Virus record (IMG/VR): IMGVR_UViG_3300043392_000054
Coordinates: 118,830-182,829 of that record
Strand: one strand, 5' to 3'
Origin: a virus
Length of the DNA stretch: 64,000 nt
The notes under the pieces are model-generated. The model was not told the DNA's origin. It saw nothing but the letters and a program-made list of their open reading frames with translations, and made no database searches. This document shows positions 28,749 through 35,835 of this stretch, piece after piece. The stretch's first letter is position 1, and every line of letters begins with the position of its first letter. The position numbers and the translations under genes were made by a program.

Positions 28749-28863
28749 AGTCAGGTGGCGGAATGGTAAACGCAGGTTCGGTGGAGCAAAAGAACTCCAT
28801 ACCAGAGTAAGCAATTAGTTTATGACTAACACCTATTTACAGGTTCGAATCCTGTCCTGACTA
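28749..28863 (+). ncRNA. tRNA-scaffolded RNA, AGTCAGG family (TLE-7)
   Basis: AGTCAGG/CCTGACT-A, GCG-GAATGGTAAA-CGC, branched AGGT/ACCT cargo, ACAGG-TTCGAAT-CCTGT. Confidence 0.8.
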
Positions 28864-28879
28864 CTAAACAAATAACATT

Positions 28880-29068
28880 ATGAGAAAAGAAGAAACATTA
28901 ATTTTAAGCAGAGAAGATATGATTGCAGCTGTAAGTGATAAAGATGTTCAGCATATTAATTGTTCTGACTTTAAGATTGATAGTAACCTATTTCAAAAAA
29001 GTAGTATTGTTTTGTTCATAGACGATAATAATCAATCTAAGATTCTTAAAAACCGATACGGCTTATAG
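28880..29068 (+). CDS. small hypothetical protein between two copies of a TLE 3' half
   Basis: 62 aa; its TAG stop lies inside the relic T arm ATAGG-TTTGAAT-CCTGT-TTTGACT-A (29065-29089). Confidence 0.6.
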   Translation: MRKEETLILSREDMIAAVSDKDVQHINCSDFKIDSNLFQKSSIVLFIDDNNQSKILKNRYGL

Positions 29069-29093
29069 GTTTGAATCCTGTTTTGACTACGGT

Positions 29094-29227
29094 TCTGTGC
29101 TGCCTGAACGTACAGAAGGTTTTAAGTGACCTTGCTTAGATACTTAATGACTGATGGAAAGACATCGAATTCAATAGTACCTGAACAGTTAAATAGAGTG
29201 GGTATCCGCACAAAATGCTATTGAATT
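29094..29227 (+). ncRNA. structured RNA candidate
   Basis: TTCTGT/ACAGAA hairpin; 10-bp AATTCAATAG/CTATTGAATT closing stem. Confidence 0.45.
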
Positions 29228-29231
29228 ATTT

Positions 29232-29321
29232 AGTCAGGTGGCGGGAGTCTACACGGAGGCATCTGTGTGTTGGTTCGAGTCCAACGAGGTGTAAATACAG
29301 GTTCGAATCCTGTCCTGACTT
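29232..29321 (+). ncRNA. tRNA-scaffolded RNA with nested second T arm (TLE-8)
   Basis: AGTCAGG/CCTGACT; cargo has ACACGGA-GGCA-TCTGTGT and GTTGG-TTCGAGT-CCAAC; terminal ACAGG-TTCGAAT-CCTGT. Confidence 0.75.
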
Positions 29322-29324
29322 CAA

Positions 29325-29415
29325 AATAATTAGAGAGAATGTGGGTTCGAATCCCACCTGGGCTGTCCGGTGAGGAGGGCCCGGTAGTGGAAAGGGACAA
29401 AGCACTCTATTTATT
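29325..29415 (+). ncRNA. circularly permuted tRNA-like module
   Basis: order is T arm (29341-57), acceptor 3' strand CTGGGCT, TCC/GGA cap, acceptor 5' strand GGCCCGG, D arm GTG/CAC; closed by TAGA/TCTA and AATAA/TTATT. Confidence 0.7.
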
Positions 29416-29434
29416 AAAGTATTGTAATAAACAT

Positions 29435-29521
29435 AGTCGGGTGACGGAGAGGAAACGCATGGTAAGACGCGTAATTACTTACACGGCTCACCACACACAG
29501 GTTCGAATCCTGTCCTGACTA
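29435..29521 (+). ncRNA. tRNA-scaffolded RNA, AGTCAGG family (TLE-9)
   Basis: AGTCGGG/CCTGACT-A, ACAGG-TTCGAAT-CCTGT, TGGT/ACCA and GTAAG/CTTAC cargo stems. Confidence 0.75.
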
Positions 29522-29523
29522 CA

Positions 29524-29709
29524 ATGTATCAAATGTGCAGTGAAAATTAGTGTAGGCATACATTGATGAGGTGGGTTCGATTCCCGTTTAATAATTCCTA
29601 ACTATGGAGGAAGCCAAGTAGCTGAGAACACATTATAGCCGGAATGGGTTGTGCACCTTGTCTAAGAGACCCTAATAGTTCCTAATAGGTCGGTATGGAA
29701 CTGATACAT
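29524..29709 (+). ncRNA. pseudoknotted RNA with internal T-loop hairpin
   Basis: ATGTATCA/TGATACAT closing stem; GGG-TTCGATT-CCC; crossing GACC/GGTC and AGTTCC/GGAACT. Confidence 0.55.
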
Positions 29710-29716
29710 AGTAATA

Positions 29717-29851
29717 TAGGTTGATTGGGGAATGGTTATGTCGATAGTTCGAGAGTGAATGCTGACTGACATAATCGGAGTTTAGAAGTATTCACCATAG
29801 TAAAGCCAATCATAAAAGTAGATGTCCACTGAACCATCTTCTACTTTCCTA
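29717..29851 (+). ncRNA. pseudoknotted RNA candidate
   Basis: TAGG/CCTA, GATTGG/CCAATC, TTATGTC/GACATAA crossed by GTGAATGCT/AGTATTCAC. Confidence 0.55.
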
Positions 29852-29856
29852 ATAAA

Positions 29857-29975
29857 TAAGAGGCGGTGAAAGCTGTAATGATGAGCTTACGAGGTTAAGG
29901 TTTGAAAAAGGGTTAATAGTACGACTTAAAGCCTGCACTCATCATCAGTAACCCTGAAAGACCCGTAGCCTCTTA
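29857..29975 (+). ncRNA. pseudoknotted RNA candidate
   Basis: TAAGAGGC/GCCTCTTA closing stem; TGATGAG/CTCATCA crossed by AGGGTTA/TAACCCT. Confidence 0.6.
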
Positions 29976-29978
29976 ATT

Positions 29979-30051
29979 GCTTCCATAGCTCAGTTGGTAG
30001 AGCAGCTGATTTGTAATCAGCAGGTCGTTGGTTCGAACCCGACTGGAAGCT
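29979..30051 (+). tRNA. tRNA-Thr(TGT)
   Basis: canonical. Confidence 0.96.
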
Positions 30052-30054
30052 CGC

Positions 30055-30115
30055 TGGATTATTGAATTGAATGATACGAGCCCCGAAAGTTCGAAATGAG
30101 TCATTCGATAATCCA
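30055..30115 (+). ncRNA. long hairpin RNA candidate
   Basis: TGGATTATTGAAT/ATTCGATAATCCA stem. Confidence 0.4.
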
Positions 30116-30119
30116 AATT

Positions 30120-30258
30120 GATTCTATAGTTGTTTAGGTCGCTCCGAAAACAACGAGTGGGTTAATGATGGTTTAATATTACTGTCCAATATTCTAGATA
30201 AAGTGATAAGTGATTAAACAAGTAATTAACAAGATGGGTTCGATTCCCATTAGAATCG
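30120..30258 (+). ncRNA. tRNA-scaffolded RNA, 139 nt (TLE-10)
   Basis: GATTCTA/TAGAATC-G, enlarged D arm GTTG/CAAC, long cargo stem GTTAAT/ATTAAC plus GTTTAAT/ATTAAAC, ATGGG-TTCGATT-CCCAT. Confidence 0.75.
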
Positions 30259-30263
30259 CATTT

Positions 30264-30337
30264 GGTTCGTTAGTAGAGTTGGTTACAATGTCGCCCTGTC
30301 ACGGCGAAGGTCACGGGTTCGAGTCCCGTACGAACCG
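30264..30337 (+). tRNA. tRNA-Asp(GTC)
   Basis: canonical, G73. Confidence 0.95.
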
Positions 30338-30338
30338 C

Positions 30339-30726
30339 ATTACATTATCGTTCTTTGACATATAGGAGAAAACAAATTATGGATATACTATCATTCGTTT
30401 TAGGGATTGCTGTTGTCGTGGTTATTGGATTATCAATAGTTGCGGTTATTGCATTTGTTAAGGCAAAGAAAATAGAAAAACAATTAGAAAACGTAGAATC
30501 TCATATTTTCAGAATATTGCAATCTGAAATATCAGATACACATCTAAAAATTGATGAAGTTGAAAAAGGAACTCATCAGTTAATTGATGAAGTTGAAAAA
30601 GGAACTCATCAAAGAATAGATGAATTAGAAAACAACGTCTTTTCTCAAATGGATTCGAGATTAGATAAACTAGAAAACAAATTAACAACTAAAAAATAAA
30701 AATTAGTTGAAGAACGATAATGTAAT
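30339..30726. repeat. 17-bp perfect inverted repeat bracketing an ORF
   Basis: ATTACATTATCGTTCTT (30339-55) / AAGAACGATAATGTAAT (30710-26); left arm overlaps boxA. Confidence 0.85.
30379..30699 (+). CDS. membrane-anchored coiled-coil protein
   Basis: N-terminal TM helix; 33-nt tandem repeat encoding IDEVEKGTHQ twice. Confidence 0.75.
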   Translation: MDILSFVLGIAVVVVIGLSIVAVIAFVKAKKIEKQLENVESHIFRILQSEISDTHLKIDEVEKGTHQLIDEVEKGTHQRIDELENNVFSQMDSRLDKLENKLTTKK

Positions 30727-30729
30727 TTT

Positions 30730-30801
30730 GGCCCTATCGACAAGCGGTTAAGTCACGTCTCTTTCTAAGATGAGTCACGGGTTCGAATCCCGTTGGGGCT
30801 A
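30730..30801 (+). tRNA. tRNA-Glu(TTC) with U37
   Basis: Glu-type acceptor and D arm; loop CTTTCTA. Confidence 0.8.
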
Positions 30802-30809
30802 CTTTAAAT

Positions 30810-30880
30810 TATTCCATGGTGTAACGGTAACACTACTGTTTTTGGTGCAGTCGTTGGAGGTTCGAATCCTTCTGGAATAA
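30810..30880 (+). tRNA. tRNA-Gln(TTG)
   Basis: loop TTTTGGT. Confidence 0.92.
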
Positions 30881-30989
30881 CAGCTTAAAACCGCATCGGG
30901 TATCGTGAACAAGGGAGGCCTGCAACTTGAAATAAAGACAAATCACGTTAAATCTCTCCATTGAAGGTGCTATCGGTGACCTTCTAAAT

Positions 30990-31063
30990 AGTGGTATAGC
31001 TCAGTTGGTTAGAGCATCGATCTGATACGTCGGGGGTCCCTGGTTCGAGTCCAGGTATCACTA
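30990..31063 (+). tRNA. tRNA-Ile(GAT), second copy
   Basis: loop CTGATAC. Confidence 0.9.
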
Positions 31064-31078
31064 CTAAATTTTATCAAT

Positions 31079-32167
31079 ATGAAAAGTAATGAGTTCTTAA
31101 AGGCATACTTAAATGCCTATTCACCGGTTGCGCAAGAGGCCGAAGGTCAACAAATATGGGTTGACTATGTAAAACAATTCACCAATGAAGTTAAGGTAGA
31201 TGCTTATGGTACTGCGGTTGCTAGAGTTCAAGGTTTTCAACCTATTTTACAACATAGAATGGGAGTGCCATACAAAGTTGTAATTGAAGCACACTGTGAT
31301 GAGATTGCCTGGATTGTAACTCAAATTGAAAAAGAAGGCTTTATTAGAGTTGCAAGACACGGTGGTTCTGATAATATGATTGCTGCTTCTAAAACAGTTT
31401 TAATTCACACTCATACAGGACAAAAAGTACCAGGTGTTTTCGGACACCCGGCAATTCATACTAGAAAAACGGTTACAGAAATGGGACCAGAATATCATGA
31501 ATTATGGATTGACTTAGGCGTCGAGTCTGATGAAAAGGTAAAAGAACTTGGAGTTGAGGTTGGTAACGTAGTTACGTTTGATGACCAATTCAGTGAGCTT
31601 GGAGACTACTATGTTGGTCGCTCATTAGATAATAAGATTGGTGGTTTTATCATCGCAGAGGCCTTGAGAAGAATCACAGAGCTAAAAGAAAAGCTACCTT
31701 ATGACCTATATGTAGTTAACTCGGTACAGGAAGAGGTTGGTTTATATGGTGCAAAGATGATTGCTAAGAGTTTAAAGGCTGATTTGGCTTTAGTGCATGA
31801 TGTTTGTCATAATACAAATACACCAAAGATGAATAAGGCAAAGGATTCTGATGTGAAAGGCGGTAAGGGACCAACATTAGAATTTACAGCCCAAAATCAT
31901 AGAATGATTATCTCTAAGTTAAGAGAAGTGGCCGAAAAGACTGAAATCGACCTACAACTACAAGTTGGTAGTTATGGTAATGACACAATGGCATTCTTTT
32001 TAGAGAACACACCAACTGCAATCGTTGCAACTCCATTAAAGTATATGCATTCAACTTGTGAAATGGCTCATAAAGAGGATGTAGAAAATTGTATTAAATT
32101 ATTTGTGAATTTCTTACTCAATATTAAGCCCGAGTGGATAGATACTGTAAAAGGTGAAACATTCTAA
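31079..32167 (+). CDS. M42-family (M20/M42) aminopeptidase
   Basis: EAHCDEI, GRSLDNKIGG, VQEEVGLYGA, DVCH, KYMHSTCE. Confidence 0.92.
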   Translation: MKSNEFLKAYLNAYSPVAQEAEGQQIWVDYVKQFTNEVKVDAYGTAVARVQGFQPILQHRMGVPYKVVIEAHCDEIAWIVTQIEKEGFIRVARHGGSDNMIAASKTVLIHTHTGQKVPGVFGHPAIHTRKTVTEMGPEYHELWIDLGVESDEKVKELGVEVGNVVTFDDQFSELGDYYVGRSLDNKIGGFIIAEALRRITELKEKLPYDLYVVNSVQEEVGLYGAKMIAKSLKADLALVHDVCHNTNTPKMNKAKDSDVKGGKGPTLEFTAQNHRMIISKLREVAEKTEIDLQLQVGSYGNDTMAFFLENTPTAIVATPLKYMHSTCEMAHKEDVENCIKLFVNFLLNIKPEWIDTVKGETF

Positions 32168-32869
32168 GTGAAATTTCTTATTGCATTTCTATTACTATCA
32201 TTTAGCATATTCGGGCAGGACACTACTAAACACAAGGCCTCAATTATGCTAAATGGTAGTTTTTCTGATATAAATGGGCAATCTCAAATTGCAGCCAATA
32301 TTAGTAATTCATATTCTATTACTAGAAAACACATAGAAAATTTAGTTCTTGTTAAATATTTATATGCGAATGAAAATGGACAAATAATTATTAATGACTT
32401 TATTGTTAGAATTCAACCTAGATATTTAAGAAAAGACTGGAGTGCTTTTGCATATCATCAATTTTCAAGTGTTTTATCTAGAAAGATTAATAATAGAAAT
32501 GAAATTGCATTAGGAGCTGGGCGTTATTTAATTAAGAAAAAAGATTTCTATTCTACACTATCATACGCTACCATTTATGTTAATACTAGATATATTACAG
32601 ATTTAAATATTACAAGTGTTAGACACTCAACTAGAATTCAAGTAGGTGGTAATATTAAAAGAGTGACATATACAATGGAAGCATTTTATCAACCCTCATT
32701 TCAAGACCTAAGTAATATTAACTATACATACGACATAAAGGTATCTGTACCAATTGTAAAAAAACTTGCATTTAATATAAATTCATACGGTAATTATGAG
32801 TCTTTTAATTTAAAGGGAGTTAGTAGTTCTAATGATATTTTAAGCCTAGGCGTCATTTATAATTACTGA
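32168..32869 (+). CDS. outer-membrane beta-barrel protein (DUF481-like)
   Basis: signal peptide, amphipathic strands, C-terminal LGVIYNY. Confidence 0.6.
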   Translation: MKFLIAFLLLSFSIFGQDTTKHKASIMLNGSFSDINGQSQIAANISNSYSITRKHIENLVLVKYLYANENGQIIINDFIVRIQPRYLRKDWSAFAYHQFSSVLSRKINNRNEIALGAGRYLIKKKDFYSTLSYATIYVNTRYITDLNITSVRHSTRIQVGGNIKRVTYTMEAFYQPSFQDLSNINYTYDIKVSVPIVKKLAFNINSYGNYESFNLKGVSSSNDILSLGVIYNY

Positions 32870-32912
32870 TATATAATGAAACAATCAATTTAATTATTAT
32901 ATAAATTAAGCA

Positions 32913-33239
32913 ATGGCAAAATGCGTTCATCATATTTGGAATACAACAGATACTGAGCCCTGTTGGCAATGCGAAGAATTAAAATATAGTGATAGATTAA
33001 AAACAATTACTAATATGGCAAAGGAAACTTGTGTAATGTGCGGAGTTGAAACTAAATATGACATTAATGACCATGTCGATTTTAGACATGGTTACGTTGA
33101 AGGTTTAGGTCAAACTTGTCCTAAATGTTCAGGTCTTCATAATATCAATGAAGTAATGATTGAAATTCCAGGGGAAATGATTAGAAATACACCTAATAAT
33201 TATGAATTAGGTGAAAAGGTTAGAAGACTATTAGATTAA
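32913..33239 (+). CDS. Cys-rich hypothetical protein
   Basis: CxxC pairs. Confidence 0.6.
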   Translation: MAKCVHHIWNTTDTEPCWQCEELKYSDRLKTITNMAKETCVMCGVETKYDINDHVDFRHGYVEGLGQTCPKCSGLHNINEVMIEIPGEMIRNTPNNYELGEKVRRLLD

Positions 33240-33242
33240 ATT

Positions 33243-34502
33243 ATGCTAAATATTAATTTTATTAAACAAAATGCAGATTTTGTTAAGGAAAGACTTTTAT
33301 TCAAAGGATTTAAAGATATTAATCTTGTAGATGACCTAATAGACGCATCTAAAGATAAGCATGCATTACAGCAAAAAAGTGAATTGATTCAATATGAAAT
33401 CAATCAAGTTTCAACACAAATCGGTGTTTTATTTAAAAACGGAGAGGATGTTACTAAATTAAAGGCATCTATTTCACCACTTAAACAAGATTTAGTAGTT
33501 TTAGTAGAAGATATACGTCAACTTGAAGATAAAATACAAAATATTTTATATCAATTACCAAATCTACCTAATGAAGAGGTTCCTTATGGTGAAAGTGCTG
33601 AACAAAATGAAGTAGTGTACCAAGAAGTAGTTAATACAGAAAAAGCTCCTTTAGCACAATATGATTTAATTGAAAAATATAATTTAGTTAATTTTGAATT
33701 AGGTTCTAAAATTACAGGTCGTGGATTTCCAGTTTTTATTGGAGATGGTGCAAAATTACAAAGAGCATTAACCCAATACTTTTTAGATTTTAATACTAAT
33801 GCAGGTTATTTAGAATACATTCCGCCATTTATGGTAAATGAAGACTCAGCTTTAGCAACTGGTCAATTACCTGATAAAGATGGACAGATGTACTATATGG
33901 AAAAAGATGAACTTTATCTAATTCCAACTGCTGAGGTACCTGTAACAAATGTTTATCGAGATACTATTATTAAAGAGTCAGATTTACCAATTAAAATGAC
34001 AGCACATTCTCCTTGTTTTAGAAGAGAAGCTGGTAGTTTTGGTAAAGAAGTTAGAGGATTGAATAGAGTACATCAATTTGAAAAGGTTGAAATCATTCAG
34101 ATTGCGCATCCTGAAAAGAGTGAAACTGCATTAAATGAAATGGTTGAGCATGTTAAAAATTTGTTAGAATCTCTAGAATTACCATATAGAATTTTAAAAT
34201 TGTGTAGCCATGATATGAGTTTTACCTCAGCTATTACTTATGATTTTGAAGTTTGGAGCCCAGGTCAACAAATGTGGTTAGAAGTAAGTTCAGTTTCTAA
34301 TTTCAATACATATCAAACGCATAGAATGAAATGTAGATTTAAAGACCAGAATGGTAAAATGCAAAATCCGCATTCTTTAAATGGTAGTGCATTAGCTTTA
34401 CCAAGAATTTATGCAGCTTTAATTGAAACATTCCAAACAGAAAGGGGTATAAAGATACCAGAGGTGTTAAAGCCTTATTTTGGAAAAGATTATATAGAGT
34501 AA
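33243..34502 (+). CDS. serS: seryl-tRNA synthetase
   Basis: N-terminal coiled coil, LPNLP, LIPTAEVPVTN, CFRREAG, GLNRVHQFEKVE, EVSSVSN, LNGSALALPR. Confidence 0.97.
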   Translation: MLNINFIKQNADFVKERLLFKGFKDINLVDDLIDASKDKHALQQKSELIQYEINQVSTQIGVLFKNGEDVTKLKASISPLKQDLVVLVEDIRQLEDKIQNILYQLPNLPNEEVPYGESAEQNEVVYQEVVNTEKAPLAQYDLIEKYNLVNFELGSKITGRGFPVFIGDGAKLQRALTQYFLDFNTNAGYLEYIPPFMVNEDSALATGQLPDKDGQMYYMEKDELYLIPTAEVPVTNVYRDTIIKESDLPIKMTAHSPCFRREAGSFGKEVRGLNRVHQFEKVEIIQIAHPEKSETALNEMVEHVKNLLESLELPYRILKLCSHDMSFTSAITYDFEVWSPGQQMWLEVSSVSNFNTYQTHRMKCRFKDQNGKMQNPHSLNGSALALPRIYAALIETFQTERGIKIPEVLKPYFGKDYIE

Positions 34503-34505
34503 CAT

Positions 34506-34664
34506 TGTAGTGTGGCGAAATGCGTACGCTCGGCAGACGCACCCTCCTGTCTCGGGGGTGAGGAGTTCAAAATAAAGTAAGGATATCGGGGTAGACCACC
34601 AGCTTGCAAGCGCTATTGTCCTTTACCTAATTGCCTCGTGGTGGTTCGACTCCACCCACTACAG
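34506..34664 (+). ncRNA. 159-nt tRNA-like RNA with giant variable arm (TLE-11)
   Basis: TGTAGTG/CACTACA-G73, D-loop insert, arm CCCTC-CTGTCTC-GGGGG, branched variable domain of about 80 nt, GGTGG-TTCGACT-CCACC. Confidence 0.8.
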
Positions 34665-34685
34665 CTATAAAAAAACTAAGTAGAA

Positions 34686-35204
34686 ATGAATTTTATTATT
34701 AGAATTGGTAAACCAGGTCTTGATTTAATTAAAGAATTTGAATCCCTACAGTTAAAACCATATCTATGCCCAGCCGGTGTTCCTACTATTGGATACGGAA
34801 GCACTTATTACGAGGATGGAAAAACAGTAACTTTGAAAGATAAAGAAATTACTGCTAAAAGAGCTGAAGAATTATTAATGAATACTTTAGCAATGTATGA
34901 AAAAACAGTTGCAACATTTGTACAAACTACTATTAATGGCCACCAATTTGATGCTTTAGTATCTTTTTGTTTTAATGTCGGTGTTTCTGCTTTCAAAAAT
35001 AGTACATTACTTAAAAAGGTTAACTCTATACCAAATGACCCGTCTATTGAATTTGAATTCTTAAAGTGGTGTAAAGCCGATGGTGCCAATAATGGTATAG
35101 ACGATGATAATGACGGACAGATTGATGAAAAGGGAGAAAAGAGAATTCTTAAAGGTCTACTAAAAAGAAGACAAGCTGAGGCTAAATTATATTTCTCTAA
35201 ATAA
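34686..35204 (+). CDS. GH24 phage lysozyme
   Basis: LIKEFESLQLKPYLCPAGVPTIGYG, FDALVSFCFNVG, GLLKRRQAE. Confidence 0.93.
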   Translation: MNFIIRIGKPGLDLIKEFESLQLKPYLCPAGVPTIGYGSTYYEDGKTVTLKDKEITAKRAEELLMNTLAMYEKTVATFVQTTINGHQFDALVSFCFNVGVSAFKNSTLLKKVNSIPNDPSIEFEFLKWCKADGANNGIDDDNDGQIDEKGEKRILKGLLKRRQAEAKLYFSK

Positions 35205-35787
35205 TATCATCGCTTTCTAATAAAGTATACGTGAAAGAGTTTCCATGGATTTTGGAAGCTCTTTTGCATATAGCCATAAATTCAGCAAAATCCTTTGCTT
35301 TTTTAAAAACTTGACAACCTTCACTCCAGTTTTCAACCCATGTTGATTCTGTTTTAGAATTAGATTTATGAATGTTGATACCAAATAAACCTGTTTGTGG
35401 TTTAACTTCATCGAATTTAGTATCCTTATTAGCATCTCTAAAAACGGTTAGAGGCTTAGATTGACAAAGAGCTTCATATTTGCCTTTGTGCATTCCTATA
35501 TAATAAGCACTTCTATATTGTCCAGGTACTAAAATAGCTACACCAATTGGATTAGTTACTGTTTGCATAGCTTTTGTACCTGGGTCTGTTGTAATTGGCC
35601 ATTCAAAATACTTCCACTCACCGCCCTCTTTAAAGCTAATAGTAATTATATCATCGAATAGGTTAGTAACCTTATCATTAGTCTTTTTATTTCTAATACC
35701 AACTATGTTAACGTCAAGGTCTCCATTTGTGAACCATTTATAACCCTTCTTAAGCATTGCGGCTTCAATTTGTTCTTTCGAATACAT
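35197..35787 (-). CDS. L,D-transpeptidase (YkuD)-like protein
   Basis: GINIH...NWSEGCQV His/Cys motif; TTDPG; convergent overlap with lysozyme. Confidence 0.65.
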   Translation of the reverse strand: MYSKEQIEAAMLKKGYKWFTNGDLDVNIVGIRNKKTNDKVTNLFDDIITISFKEGGEWKYFEWPITTDPGTKAMQTVTNPIGVAILVPGQYRSAYYIGMHKGKYEALCQSKPLTVFRDANKDTKFDEVKPQTGLFGINIHKSNSKTESTWVENWSEGCQVFKKAKDFAEFMAICKRASKIHGNSFTYTLLESDDII

Positions 35788-35835
35788 GTTGTAAACTTTT
35801 TTCTTTTTGTATATATAATACTTAAACACATAGCT

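Noticed and set aside
29149-29175. Hammerhead ribozyme at CTGATGGAAAGACATCGAA
   Set aside because: Does not match the CUGAnGA...GAAA core, and stems I and III could not be built
25436-29521. CRISPR array from the recurring ACAGGTTCGAATCCTGTCCTGACTAC
   Set aside because: Irregular spacing, copies are tRNA T-arm plus acceptor halves with matching 5' halves, and there are no cas genes
24644-30258. tmRNA
   Set aside because: No element has a G3:U70 Ala acceptor together with a tag reading frame; not formally excluded without a covariance search
30355-30378. Track start codons at 30355, 4166, 6661, 25855, 35770, 47301 and 56793
   Set aside because: They overlap promoter, boxA or tRNA sequence; downstream ATGs (30379, 4172, 6691, 25921, 35836, 47319, 56817) fit better
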